Shown: positions 19,772 through 30,111, counted from the stretch's first letter. The stretch: DNA of 64,000 nt from Bdellovibrionota bacterium (GCA_963668355.1 OY764265.1:1248001-1312000); one strand, 5' to 3'. Numbers and translations: made by a program. The notes: a model not told the origin generated them from the sequence alone.

Positions 19772-19977
19772 AAATACGACCTTACATTAGGTATACCAAT
19801 TGTAAAGTGGTGTTTACGTTTGGTCGATGTCCATTCGGAACCCCATGTCGCAGATGAAAGTGAATCTTGGGTGTCTCTCAGAAATTCACGAAAGAAAAAA
19901 GCGTTTAAATACATATAATTAGCACGTTTTGAATTTTTCTTCCTGTGGCATGGTTCGTGTTTAGGTAGAGTAGCAGC

Positions 19978-22005
19978 ATGCATTTGGTCCGAGAACAGAG
20001 CCGCCAAGTTCCGCGGCAAGCCCTTTCCAAAGAGATTCCGGCAACCGTAGCCGTGGGAGGGCAGCAATATGAGGGCGTCCTAAGGGACTATAGCTTAAAA
20101 GGTTTTGGCCTCTCGGTAGATCCCGGAGCTTTAAAACGCGCCAAGCGAGACGGCTGGAATGTCGAAGTCTCCATCGCCCAAGGAAAATACGCCGGAGTCG
20201 TCAGACACTCCCGCTTGGAAAAACATCGTGCTTTACTTGGGGTTCACATTCCAAAAAATGAAAAGAAAGTGGTTTTTAATGATGAGGATCCGGGCTGGGA
20301 TCTCATTGAAGATGAAAAAACCATTGATACCATTTTAAAAGACCTAGTAATTAAAGGACCCGAGGTTGTCATTGAATTAAAACAGCCAAGTGGTGCCGTT
20401 AAGGTTTTTGCAAAAAAATTGATCAATGAAAATCAGGTTGAATTGGAAATTTTCGAAGAAGTAAGGGGGACACTAGCTTCAGGGGCGGCGAAGGCCACTT
20501 TTGAAATTTTCCAAACATGTCATTCCTTTTCCGCACTCATAGATGAAACAGGAAAATCATCTGTCTTCATAAAAACACCTAAGAAAGTGGCGCGTTTGTT
20601 AAGAAGGGAAACAGTACGTGTCCCAAATTGGATTGGGAAACAAGCCGAACTTAGAGTCGCAATAGAAAGTCGCGTACTAGGTCTTCTTGATGAAGAAATA
20701 AAACTTTTTGATTTTAGCGAGAACGGATTCTCTGTTCTGGATCCTTCAGGAAAATTTCTTTTGCCAGTTGATTTTGTTTTTGAACGGGTTCAAGTAACGA
20801 TTCCCCATGTTGGAAAAGTCTCTGGTCGAGCCGAATTAAAAGCATCGAAATGGGTGGCAGAGTACGAAGCCTGGTGTGTGGGGTTTTCCTTCTTTCCTGA
20901 TACGGAAGAGGATGCAAACAAGTGGCATGATTTAGTGCTTCACACGAGATACCCCCACCTTTCTTTCTCCTATCAAAGTGAAGACCATGAAGAAATATGG
21001 AACTTATTTGATCGCAGCAAATATTTAGATCTGAAGCCCCGCGAATCGTTCAAACACATTTACGACATTACAGTTGAAACATGGGACAAAATGAGTTCCG
21101 CTGGAATAACTTTTTCAAGAAGACTCCTTTTGCGCAATCAGTCCAAAATTGTTGGACACTTGCAGTTGGATCGCATTTATCCAAAAACGTGGTGTGTGCA
21201 TGCATTGGCCATTGACCCAGGTCAGGCAAAAACTGTCGGAAGGGACATTTACTCCGTGACGGCAGATGTTTTATCTTCTGAGTCAGCAGATTATGTAATT
21301 AGCATTACGGAAACCGACCTTAAATGGAACCAACGAAACTACTATGAATTTATTAAAAACTATCGTTGGCCCGAGCATAACCACATGCAAACCTATCAAA
21401 TTCATGAAGCTGAGACATCGGTAGGTTGGAACCTTCGCAAAAGTTCAAAGTTTGATGTCAGCTGGACGAATAGATGGGATTTAAAGCGAGTTTTAAGATT
21501 TTTCGAAGTTCACCTTCCGAAGATTGAAAGAGATGCCCTAGGGCTTGATGCTGAAAATTTAGAGTTGGAGCCTTTAAACGAGGCACTAAAGGGACACGGT
21601 CTTTCGAGGGGAAGAAGATTTTTAGTGGCTAAGAGGGGAAATCAGTTGTTGGGAATTTGCCTTTTAGAAACAGGGACTACCGGAATATCGATTTTTGGAA
21701 TTCAAGACACGATATATCTCTTTTGCCCACAAGACGTTCAGAAAAACGAAGATTTAAGACGTGAAGTTCACGAGAGTTTGTTGTTTGAAGCCTTGAATTG
21801 GTATCGGTCAAAGAATATTCCAACCATAAATATATATTTTGAAGATTTAGACCGAGAGTATTGGACGAATCTTGGACTGAAATTCATCTGGGAAGGCGCG
21901 AGGTGGATTGCTCGATGTGCAGTGTCTCGAAGATATCATGCTTATACTCAGATGATGTTTGGTCACTTGATTTTAAGACGAGGCTCTAGAGTTAAGCATA
22001 GATAA
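19978..22005 (+). CDS. PilZ-domain protein with C-terminal acyltransferase(GNAT)-like region
   Basis: RxxxR + DYSLKG and RRETVR + DFSENG PilZ motifs; C-terminal GNAT-like strands. Confidence 0.6.
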   Translation: MHLVREQSRQVPRQALSKEIPATVAVGGQQYEGVLRDYSLKGFGLSVDPGALKRAKRDGWNVEVSIAQGKYAGVVRHSRLEKHRALLGVHIPKNEKKVVFNDEDPGWDLIEDEKTIDTILKDLVIKGPEVVIELKQPSGAVKVFAKKLINENQVELEIFEEVRGTLASGAAKATFEIFQTCHSFSALIDETGKSSVFIKTPKKVARLLRRETVRVPNWIGKQAELRVAIESRVLGLLDEEIKLFDFSENGFSVLDPSGKFLLPVDFVFERVQVTIPHVGKVSGRAELKASKWVAEYEAWCVGFSFFPDTEEDANKWHDLVLHTRYPHLSFSYQSEDHEEIWNLFDRSKYLDLKPRESFKHIYDITVETWDKMSSAGITFSRRLLLRNQSKIVGHLQLDRIYPKTWCVHALAIDPGQAKTVGRDIYSVTADVLSSESADYVISITETDLKWNQRNYYEFIKNYRWPEHNHMQTYQIHEAETSVGWNLRKSSKFDVSWTNRWDLKRVLRFFEVHLPKIERDALGLDAENLELEPLNEALKGHGLSRGRRFLVAKRGNQLLGICLLETGTTGISIFGIQDTIYLFCPQDVQKNEDLRREVHESLLFEALNWYRSKNIPTINIYFEDLDREYWTNLGLKFIWEGARWIARCAVSRRYHAYTQMMFGHLILRRGSRVKHR

Positions 22006-22076
22006 TATTCTGGCAGTCCTCGCTTTCGTTTTGAAAAATTATCCTTAAACAAATTTTCCAACTACAATGACTACGT

Positions 22077-25000
22077 ATGTCAAAAAGGTCCTTCGAGTCC
22101 CTTTATTGGGGAGCGTTAATTTTACTGTTTGTTCCGATTTTGTTGCTAGGCAAGTTTGAAGCTCACTTAAAAAGTAATATTTCATACGATCTTTCAGGGA
22201 ACACATGGTCTGCATACAACAGCGGCGAAACACAGCCATTTTTTGTCGGAAAGTTTCCAAAAGACTTAAAGTTTGAAAGGGGTCGAAAGGGCAACGAGTA
22301 TATTTTTGAAACAGAGATTGATGTTAAGAAGATTCAAAATATGGGAGGCGCGGCTCTGATTTTTGGCCGAGTCGCTGATTCGGACAGAGTCGCTATAGAT
22401 GGATGTGTTGTTGGCGAAACGGGATTTAAGAAGGGGACGGATCTTCAAGATAGGTGGTTTTGGAATGCAATGCGCGCCTATTCAATCCCGGAAAAATGTA
22501 TAGACAGAAACAAAAAATCGAAATCAGTTCTTAGAGTTTTTATAAAAAAATGGGGCGGTCCTAGCATTGGAATTTTTGGTGGCCCGTTGGGGTTCGGGCC
22601 CCGAGAAGCTTCGTTGTTCGCTGCACATAGGGTTCAGTGGTTTAGAGCTTATCCCGCCTTGATCTTGGCGATTTTGGCATTTGGCATTGGAATTTACTAC
22701 GCGTTCGTGTTTTTGTTGGTTCCTGCGAGAAGGCACAATGGGGTCTTTGCACTGAATGCTATTGGCTTGGCGTTTTACTCTTCTCTTACTAGCGCTCTTC
22801 CTTTCTGGGCCATTGATAGTCCAACAATACTAATGCGATTGTTGTTTTTTGCTGCGGCATTTACTGGAACAAGTTTTCTGTGGTTTTTGGTTGTTCGTTT
22901 TTCTGAATTTCCAAAATGGCCAGCACAGGTTATTGCGATAGCATCTGCTGTAGCCCTTCTAATTGGGTTGCCAATGGGTTCTTTAAAGGGGGTTTACCAA
23001 GTATATGAAGCTTGGCACGGGGTGTTTCTGCCTATTTTATTGATATCTTTCTTTATATTCTTTCGGTTAAAAGGGCGAAATCGCGATGAAAATTTCTGGC
23101 GATACCAACTTGGTTTTTGTCTCTTCGTTCTCGCAGTAGCCCACGATATGGTAGTCACCTATGCCGGTGTTCCGAGGGGGTACTTAATCACGTTCGGGTA
23201 TATGTGCTTCACTGTTTCCGTAGCCTTGTCGTTAGCAAAAGAATACGCCGACGCCTTTCTTCATGTCGAACAACAGGTGTCAGATCGGACGCGGGATTTG
23301 GCGATGGCTTTGGAGCAACTGAAATCTTTGGATGAAATGAAGGCTCGGTTTTTTGCCAACATTTCCCATGACTTCAAAACGCCAATCACTGTGGCTTTGG
23401 GTTCGTTGGAAGAGGCGCGAAAAAACGATGGCAATGTCGACGCACTTCAACCGGCCGAACGTAGTCTCAATCACCTCTTGTCCATGATTGGAGACTTGCT
23501 CGATACCGTAAAAGCGGAATCTGGAACCCTCAGTATGCAATGGGAGAGTGCTCCCCTGGCCGGCTTGTTAAAGCTGTGGTCTTCTTCTCATCAGCTTTTA
23601 TGCCGCCGAAAAGGTGTGGAGTTCGTATTGAGCGTGGGCCAAGAGTATGAAAATTTAAAAATTCCCGTGGATGTGAATAAGTTCCGTCGGGTCATCGACA
23701 ATCTTTTGTCCAATGCTGTGAAATTCACCGATGCCGGGACGGTTGGTTTGAATTTTAGAACCGACGAAGCGAAGGCCTATATTGAAATCATCGATAGCGG
23801 CATCGGCATTCCCGAAGACGAGAGAGATAAAGTATTTGATCGTTTTTTTCAGTCCTCTCGGACGTCTCTCCAAGCGCACGGTGGCTCCGGAATCGGTCTT
23901 TCGTTTGCCAAAGAAGTGGTTGAAATGCACAACGGAAACATCTGGATTGAAGAAGCCGAAACCGGAGGATCCAAATTCATTGTCGCATTACCCCTCTCAC
24001 AAGACGTGGAAGTGACCGGCGAACATCGATTGGAAGAAGTCGAGACGGATGATGTTCGGGGTTCGCTCAATGTGGCTTACCCCCCCGAAAAGCCAAAGAG
24101 AGAAGAGATTGGAAGGCCTACGGTCTTAGCCGCCGAAGACAACCCCGAAGTGGCCCAGATCGTCGTGTCTGGACTTGCGGAAGAATATAATGTGCATTTT
24201 GCAGCCGATGGTAAGCGGGCTTTAGATCGATTGATGGAAGAAAAATTCGATTGCCTCGTAACCGATATCAAAATGCCACGGATGCGTGGGGACGAACTCG
24301 TGATTGAACTGCGAAGTTTGGCCCGAACCCGCTCTTTGCCCATTGTGGTTCTTAGTGCGCATGGCGAAGATGAATTGGTGTCCAGCGTGCTTCGAAGTGG
24401 CGCCAATGACTATGTCACGAAACCCTTCAAACGAGAGATTCTGTTGGCGCGTGTGCGCACACAAATCGAATCACATAAAACCGCCGAATGGATTTCGAAA
24501 AATGAAAAAGTCATCGAACTCGGATTCTTAGCGGGCGGAATGGCGCATCAAATTCGAAATGGTCTAAACAGCCTGTCCAATCAGGTGAGTTACCAGAAAA
24601 AATTTGTGGAAAAAATGTTGGTGTACTTAAAAGAAGCTCCGGAAGCCGAACGAAACAAGCTCCGAGGAAAAATTGCAAAATCATCTGAAGCCATTGAACG
24701 AGCCATGGAACGCATCGAACGGCTTACGGGATCGGTGCAGGCGTATTCGACAGGCTCGACCGAAAAAACGGAAATTCAAATTGCCGATAGCGTAGACGTG
24801 GCCGTCTCTTTGCACAGTGATGAAATTAAAAAGCGGGCCATTACGATTGAAAAAGAAGACCTCGAAAATTTAACCCTCCGAGGCTATGCGGGTTTTCATG
24901 AGGTGTTTGTCAATTTGATTGGAAATGCCGTGAAGGCCTGTCCGGAGGATGGAACTGGCAAGGTTGAAATCTATGGAAAAGACTTTGACGACGAAATGGA

Positions 25001-25271
25001 AATTGTCGTCAAAGACAATGGACATGGAATTCGCCCCGAAGTGCTTCCCAATTTGTGCAAACCCTTTTTCACGACCAAAGCTCCCGGAGAAGGAACAGGT
25101 CTTGGATTATACGTTGTGCGCGACATCATTGAAGGCCACCACGGAGGACAGCTCAACATTCAATCGGGCGGCGAAGACCAAGGCGCGATGTTCACCATTC
25201 GCATCCCCAAAGAAGCCCCCGACTCCGACGAAGACAGCAACGTCTCCATCCACAACGTCCCCGTAAGCTAA
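22077..25271 (+). CDS. Membrane hybrid sensor kinase: extracellular domain-7TM-HisKA-HATPase-REC-HisKA-HATPase
   Basis: ANISHDFKTP, NAVKFT, GSGIGL; REC TDIKMP/KPF; second MAHQIRN, NAVKA, GTGLGL. Confidence 0.9.
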   Translation: MSKRSFESLYWGALILLFVPILLLGKFEAHLKSNISYDLSGNTWSAYNSGETQPFFVGKFPKDLKFERGRKGNEYIFETEIDVKKIQNMGGAALIFGRVADSDRVAIDGCVVGETGFKKGTDLQDRWFWNAMRAYSIPEKCIDRNKKSKSVLRVFIKKWGGPSIGIFGGPLGFGPREASLFAAHRVQWFRAYPALILAILAFGIGIYYAFVFLLVPARRHNGVFALNAIGLAFYSSLTSALPFWAIDSPTILMRLLFFAAAFTGTSFLWFLVVRFSEFPKWPAQVIAIASAVALLIGLPMGSLKGVYQVYEAWHGVFLPILLISFFIFFRLKGRNRDENFWRYQLGFCLFVLAVAHDMVVTYAGVPRGYLITFGYMCFTVSVALSLAKEYADAFLHVEQQVSDRTRDLAMALEQLKSLDEMKARFFANISHDFKTPITVALGSLEEARKNDGNVDALQPAERSLNHLLSMIGDLLDTVKAESGTLSMQWESAPLAGLLKLWSSSHQLLCRRKGVEFVLSVGQEYENLKIPVDVNKFRRVIDNLLSNAVKFTDAGTVGLNFRTDEAKAYIEIIDSGIGIPEDERDKVFDRFFQSSRTSLQAHGGSGIGLSFAKEVVEMHNGNIWIEEAETGGSKFIVALPLSQDVEVTGEHRLEEVETDDVRGSLNVAYPPEKPKREEIGRPTVLAAEDNPEVAQIVVSGLAEEYNVHFAADGKRALDRLMEEKFDCLVTDIKMPRMRGDELVIELRSLARTRSLPIVVLSAHGEDELVSSVLRSGANDYVTKPFKREILLARVRTQIESHKTAEWISKNEKVIELGFLAGGMAHQIRNGLNSLSNQVSYQKKFVEKMLVYLKEAPEAERNKLRGKIAKSSEAIERAMERIERLTGSVQAYSTGSTEKTEIQIADSVDVAVSLHSDEIKKRAITIEKEDLENLTLRGYAGFHEVFVNLIGNAVKACPEDGTGKVEIYGKDFDDEMEIVVKDNGHGIRPEVLPNLCKPFFTTKAPGEGTGLGLYVVRDIIEGHHGGQLNIQSGGEDQGAMFTIRIPKEAPDSDEDSNVSIHNVPVS

Positions 25272-25354
25272 CCAAACGGCCAAAAGAAATTTGTTTTCTT
25301 TACGAAAGAGCGAAACTGTAAACGAAAAAATTTCCCTAAAGAAAGGAAAAATCG

Positions 25355-25894
25355 GTGTTTGTGTATCACCTAAAACCGGAACCCATGATGGGTAAAATGT
25401 TGCTGCCTCTATCCGAGTTGAAAAACCGCTTCAATGAGATTTACAAAATAGAAGATCGAAAATACACGCAGAGATTGGAAACGAAGGAACAGCGAATCAA
25501 CACGCTAAACTGTCTCTGGAACGACGTAGTTCATTTCTCCGCTCTCAGCCCTCAGGTTATCCTTGATGAGATTCGAAATGTTGATCCGGGACATATGCCA
25601 TCCCGAAGAAAATATTTGAAACTTGCCGTTGAACATTTGACAGGCTCTTCGGCAGTCGTTTTTCGGCGAGATGAAAAAGAACCATGGGTAGACTTTTCTT
25701 TGCACGACCACGAAATCACGCCCCTTGTCCAAGAAGAGTATCGAGAGTTAACGAAGGTCCCTGAAAAAACCAAAGCGTTTTGGAAATGGGCGACGGAAAA
25801 CAACCATCCTCGGTATTGGTTCAATTACGTTCCCCACGTGCTGGTTAAGGGCCAGGTGGATATGTCCAAAGCGGAGATTCTTGAATTTTCTTAA
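25355..25894 (+). CDS. Hypothetical protein
   Basis: 179-aa ORF, RBS-like aaggaa before GTG, co-oriented with neighbours. Confidence 0.65.
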   Translation: MFVYHLKPEPMMGKMLLPLSELKNRFNEIYKIEDRKYTQRLETKEQRINTLNCLWNDVVHFSALSPQVILDEIRNVDPGHMPSRRKYLKLAVEHLTGSSAVVFRRDEKEPWVDFSLHDHEITPLVQEEYRELTKVPEKTKAFWKWATENNHPRYWFNYVPHVLVKGQVDMSKAEILEFS

Positions 25895-25916
25895 CGCCCC
25901 CACATTTGACACAAAA

Positions 25917-25967
25917 TGTTCGAAAATGGAGCATTTGTTGTTGAAAATGTGTCTCCAAAATGGTACA
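25917..25967 (+). promoter_or_regulatory. Pair of NtrC-like enhancer sites
   Basis: tgttcgaaaatggagca and gtctccaaaatggtaca each match TGCACCAAAATGGTGCA at 13/17, 34 bp apart. Confidence 0.45.
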
Positions 25968-26091
25968 CATCCCTCGTTCAAAAATTCAGAGCCCCCAATC
26001 TCCTGAAAATAAGGGGTTTTTCTCTCTCCGTTTTGGCCCATTTCTTGGGATGGAGAGATATCTTAAAACCGAATACGTTGAAAGGGTTTGC

Positions 26092-27522
26092 ATGACCTCC
26101 AAAAGTAAGAGCACGATTCTTGTTGTAGACGATGAAGCCAGCATTCGAACATACCTCACAGCCATTTTGGGAAATGAGTACGATGTTCTAACCGCCCCCA
26201 ATGGAAAAGAAGCCCTTGAAATTATCCACAGCACTTCTGTGAATATGGTTCTTTTAGACTTGTTGCTGAAAGATGGAGAAGAGGGTCTGGATATTCTGAA
26301 GAAGATCAAATCTCTCCGGGACGAAGTCGCTGTCATCATCGTAAGCGGCGTTAAAATGGTGAGTACTGTGGTAGAGGCCATCCGCCTAGGGGCCTCAGAT
26401 TATGTCAATAAACCCATTGTCAAAGACGAACTGTTTTTGGCCATGGAAAGAGTTCAGCGACAGCGCAGCTTAGAAAAGAATAATGCAGTTTTGCGGGCGG
26501 AGGTCGTGGACCGAAGCGCTAAAAATCAAATCATAGGCAAGTCCCCCGCCATTAATCACGTGAAAACAATGGTTTCCCGTTTAAAAAATCAAGAGGTGAA
26601 TGTCTTTCTGGTCGGAGACACCGGAACAGGAAAAGAAGTATTCGCTCGAGAGCTTCATCGCCAAGAAGAAAATGAAAACCGCCCCTTTGTTTCTGTGAAC
26701 TGTGCAGCAATTCCTGAAAACCTATTGGAATCCGTTCTCTTCGGACACGAAAAAGGGTCCTTCACAGGAGCGACGGAACGTAAACAGGGCAAATTTGAAT
26801 TGGCCGATGGTGGAGATATATTTTTAGACGAAATTAGTTCCATGCCAATGAGTCTTCAGGCCAAACTACTAAGAGTAATAGAGGAGCAAGAAGTGGAACG
26901 GGTGGGTGGGGCCCGACCTAAAAAAGTTCACTTTCGCGTGATTGCGGCTGCCAATGAAGACATCGTCAAGAAAGTCGCAGCTGGTGAGTTTCGGCAAGAT
27001 CTCTACTACCGACTCAACACCGTTACGATTCAGCTACCCAAGCTGAATGATCGGAGGGAAGACATTGTCCCCTTGGCGGAATATTTCTTAAATAAATATA
27101 AACGTTCGGAACATCCCAAGCATCTCTCAGAAGAAGCCAAAGATGCCTTATGTGTTCATGACTGGAGAGGAAATATCCGGGAGCTTCGAAATACCGTAGA
27201 AAACATGATCATTTTTTCTCGGGGAGATGTGATTCAAGAAACAGAAGTCCCCTTTTGCGGGAAAGATTCGGTGTTGTCTGCGCAAAATGCGACGGTGAGC
27301 GAGTTGGAAAAGCCTGAAGATGAAAAACAGGCGAAGGTGAGTCCCAATTTCAGCTCTTTTCTGGACCAATCCTACGAAGAAGCCCAAAAAGCCTTTGACA
27401 AACAACTCATCATGAAGCGCTTGGAAAAAAATCGTTGGAGCAAGACAAAGACAGCCAAAGACTTAGGTATTTCCAGAAACAAGCTCTACCGAAAATTGGC
27501 AGAAGTGGGAATTGGGGTTTGA
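26092..27522 (+). CDS. Sigma-54-dependent response regulator (REC-AAA+-Fis HTH; NtrC/AtoC family)
   Basis: ILVVDDE, GDTGTGKE, GHEKGSFTGA, FLDEI, WRGNIREL, TAKDLGISRNKLYRKL. Confidence 0.95.
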   Translation: MTSKSKSTILVVDDEASIRTYLTAILGNEYDVLTAPNGKEALEIIHSTSVNMVLLDLLLKDGEEGLDILKKIKSLRDEVAVIIVSGVKMVSTVVEAIRLGASDYVNKPIVKDELFLAMERVQRQRSLEKNNAVLRAEVVDRSAKNQIIGKSPAINHVKTMVSRLKNQEVNVFLVGDTGTGKEVFARELHRQEENENRPFVSVNCAAIPENLLESVLFGHEKGSFTGATERKQGKFELADGGDIFLDEISSMPMSLQAKLLRVIEEQEVERVGGARPKKVHFRVIAAANEDIVKKVAAGEFRQDLYYRLNTVTIQLPKLNDRREDIVPLAEYFLNKYKRSEHPKHLSEEAKDALCVHDWRGNIRELRNTVENMIIFSRGDVIQETEVPFCGKDSVLSAQNATVSELEKPEDEKQAKVSPNFSSFLDQSYEEAQKAFDKQLIMKRLEKNRWSKTKTAKDLGISRNKLYRKLAEVGIGV

Positions 27523-27523
27523 T

Positions 27524-27757
27524 ATGGACAAGATCAATCAATCTCAAGAATTACATAGGATGGTTGCCAAGCTATTGCATGATATCGAAAAGCCCAGAGC
27601 CAATTTCAAAATGTTTTCGGAACTTTTTGAGGAAATTTCCGACGATCCAGAAAAAGTTCGCTTTTGGATGAAAGCTGTAAAGCAGTCATTTGAAAAATTC
27701 GATGAACAAGCTCAGAAAGTCCAAGACGTATTTCGAAGGATGGAGTCCGATGCCTGA
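27524..27757 (+). CDS. Small stand-alone HisKA/DHp-like protein (copy 1)
   Basis: H-box LLHDIEKP; resembles the DHp of the kinase at 36178. Confidence 0.65.
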   Translation: MDKINQSQELHRMVAKLLHDIEKPRANFKMFSELFEEISDDPEKVRFWMKAVKQSFEKFDEQAQKVQDVFRRMESDA

Positions 27758-28085
27758 AAACAACACGCCGCCCATCGACCTGGTACTCATTGACGACGAC
27801 GAGCTCGTGCGTATGACTTGGAAAATGGTGGCCGAAACCAAAGGACACCATATACGGGTATTTGAAAGTTATGATGCGTTTTCGGCGGAGGAATTCGAAA
27901 CCGATACTCCGATCTATGTCGACTATGACCTGGGAAAAAATGTAAAAGGAACAGACGTCGCCGAAAGAATCATCGAAAGTGGGTTTAGAAAGGTTTATTT
28001 GACGACGGGTTATCCTCTGGATTCCGTGGCGACTCCGGAGCTTTTGTCCGGAATCATCAACAAAGAATATCCTGTATCGTTTTAA
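27750..28085 (+). CDS. Single-domain response regulator (copy 1)
   Basis: LIDDD, YVDYDL, LTTG, INKEYP. Confidence 0.85.
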   Translation: MPENNTPPIDLVLIDDDELVRMTWKMVAETKGHHIRVFESYDAFSAEEFETDTPIYVDYDLGKNVKGTDVAERIIESGFRKVYLTTGYPLDSVATPELLSGIINKEYPVSF

Positions 28086-28097
28086 AAGGGGTTAAAT

Positions 28098-28982
28098 GTG
28101 ATCGAAACCGTGGGATTCATAGGCGCTGGGAGTATGGGCCGTCCTATTATGAATCACTTCCTAAACCATAACTATCGAGTCATGGGGTTTAACCGAACCG
28201 TAGCCAAGCTTGATTGGCTCAGGGGAAAAAAGGATGGCGCGGTGGCAGAGAATATAGGTCAGTTGTTTGATGAAGCGAGTCTGATATTTGTCTGCGTAAC
28301 AGATGGTCAAGCTGTGTCCGAGGTGTTGGAAACCGGGTCTCAAAAGCCAGAAATTGAGCTCAAAGGAAAAATCATTGTTGATTTAAGTTCGATCTCAGTG
28401 GGGCAAGCCAAAGCCAACTACGAAATCTTAAAGAATAGGGGCGCCCATTATCTCGATGCTCCTGTGAGCGGTGGTGTAAGCGGCGCTACAGATGGGTCAT
28501 TGGTTCTGATGGCCGGTGGTGACGAGGAAGTCTTTCGCCGAGTGGAACGAATGTTTCGTGTTTTCACACGAAAAGCCACTTATGTTGGTAAATCGGGAAT
28601 GGGGTCAGCGACGAAATTGATTAACCAAGTTATGGTCGCCGCGAATATCTTGGGAATTGGTCAAGGGTATGCGTTGGCTAAGGGCCTGGGTCTTAATATA
28701 GAAACAGCGTTTTCAGCTATTGCCGATGGTTATGCCGGAGGAAAAGCTCTGGAAACGATCTCAAATCGAATTATGGCAAAAAATGAGGCTCCAGGTGCGA
28801 AGATCAAATTACATGAAAAAGATTTAAGAAATGCCCTTGTCGCAGCGTCTCAGAGCGGTGTCGATGCACGCTTCATACGAGCTTGTCATGTGTTGCTGGA
28901 TGAAATGACAAGAGCTGGCCTAGCGGAGTCAGACCATAGCGCGATTTGGCATTTCTTTGATCGAACGAAGGAGACGGCATGA
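28098..28982 (+). CDS. NAD(P)-dependent beta-hydroxyacid dehydrogenase (3-hydroxyisobutyrate/tartronate semialdehyde reductase family)
   Basis: GFIGAGSMG, LDAPVSGG, KLINQ, KDL. Confidence 0.9.
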   Translation: MIETVGFIGAGSMGRPIMNHFLNHNYRVMGFNRTVAKLDWLRGKKDGAVAENIGQLFDEASLIFVCVTDGQAVSEVLETGSQKPEIELKGKIIVDLSSISVGQAKANYEILKNRGAHYLDAPVSGGVSGATDGSLVLMAGGDEEVFRRVERMFRVFTRKATYVGKSGMGSATKLINQVMVAANILGIGQGYALAKGLGLNIETAFSAIADGYAGGKALETISNRIMAKNEAPGAKIKLHEKDLRNALVAASQSGVDARFIRACHVLLDEMTRAGLAESDHSAIWHFFDRTKETA

Positions 28983-29091
28983 TGGCAAAATATGGACTGG
29001 TTTGTACTGCCATCATGGGTTTGTCCTTCTTCTTTAGCGAAGCGGATGCAGCACATAGGAAGATACGAATTAAATCGAAAAAAGGGGAGCC

Positions 29092-29721
29092 ATGTCTTTG
29101 ATCTGGACGAATGAATCCTTGCTGCGAGGTTATGGCATACGTTTAAAACTTTTTAATGATAATAACGTCCTCGCTCTTAGAGAAATTAGAAACGATCTAA
29201 AAACAATGAGCCATCTCGGTCAGTCGAGACGGGCGACTCAAGGAGGTTGGTCGGAAGAGGATATATTGAAATGGGGAAGGTCAAAAATCGAATTATATAA
29301 TAAGCGAAAGTGCTTACCTCTTGTGATTGTTTCTGAAATCGACGGAGCTGTAATGGGAAACGGTGGTTTTCCGGTTGTCAATATGGATCACTTTCGGGCT
29401 GAATCTGGAGTTGTCCTCCATCACAAATATTGGCGGAAAGGTATAGGGTCGGCGAGTTGGCGTCTCATTTTGGAGTACGGGTTTAAGGAAATGCTCTTAA
29501 ATCGAATAACTTTTGAAACGTCTCCCGACAATCAAGCCAGCGTATCCCTGTTCGACCGCTTGAATATTCCCTTGGAAGCTACCCAGAAAGAAAGTGTGTT
29601 TGTTGATGGCAAGTTTTATGACAAGGCGGTTTACGTTATTTTAAGAAATCAGTGGCCGGAAGTTAAACAAAAGTTAGATGAGATTTTGGAGCAGAAAGGT
29701 CTAGTTTTTCAGAACAAATGA
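29092..29721 (+). CDS. GNAT N-acetyltransferase (RimJ/RimL type)
   Basis: YWRKGIG, LNRI, PDNQAS. Confidence 0.85.
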   Translation: MSLIWTNESLLRGYGIRLKLFNDNNVLALREIRNDLKTMSHLGQSRRATQGGWSEEDILKWGRSKIELYNKRKCLPLVIVSEIDGAVMGNGGFPVVNMDHFRAESGVVLHHKYWRKGIGSASWRLILEYGFKEMLLNRITFETSPDNQASVSLFDRLNIPLEATQKESVFVDGKFYDKAVYVILRNQWPEVKQKLDEILEQKGLVFQNK

Positions 29722-29746
29722 GGCGATAGGTGGGGTGCATTCAAAT

Positions 29747-29875
29747 ATGGAAGGTTTAAACAAGATGAAGCGCTTGGAAAAAAATCGTTGGAGCAAGACA
29801 AAAACGGCCAAAGACTTAGGTATTTCCAGAAACAAGCTCTGCCGAAAATTGGCAGAAGTGGGAATTGGGGTTTGA
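29747..29875 (+). CDS. Stand-alone Fis-type HTH mini-ORF or remnant duplicating the 3' end of the NtrC-family gene
   Basis: MEGLNKMKRLEKNRWSKTKTAKDLGISRNKLCRKLAEVGIGV; 29765-29875 nearly identical to 27412-27522. Confidence 0.45.
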   Translation: MEGLNKMKRLEKNRWSKTKTAKDLGISRNKLCRKLAEVGIGV

Positions 29876-29877
29876 AC

Positions 29878-30111
29878 ATGGCCGAGCGAAACACAAACAA
29901 ACACGTTCAAGAGATGCTGGGAAAACTACTGCATGACATGGAAAAGCCACGAGCCAATTTCAAAATGTTTGCCGAGCTATATGATGAAATTTCTGGTGAT
30001 CCAGAAAAGGTTAGTTTTTGGATAAACGCGCTGGAGAAGTCTTTTGAAAGGTTTGATCAACAAGCATCTTCAATTACCGAAACTCTAAGGAAGATGAACG
30101 CCGATGCATAA
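29878..30111 (+). CDS. Small stand-alone HisKA/DHp-like protein (copy 2)
   Basis: LLHDMEKPRANFKMF; paralogue of 27524. Confidence 0.65.
   Translation: MAERNTNKHVQEMLGKLLHDMEKPRANFKMFAELYDEISGDPEKVSFWINALEKSFERFDQQASSITETLRKMNADA

Noticed and set aside
19945..19959. Sigma-54 promoter upstream of the PilZ gene
   Set aside because: TGGCAT is present but the -12 element reads GTGT; too weak to call
25960..26091. N-terminal extension of the NtrC-family ORF
   Set aside because: The receiver domain begins at ATG 26092; the extension covers the putative promoter
28979..29101. Signal-peptide-like 40-aa ORF that a -1 frameshift at gaaaaaagggg would fuse to the GNAT
   Set aside because: The slippery heptamer is not in the canonical frame and the GNAT has its own RBS and ATG; probably a remnant
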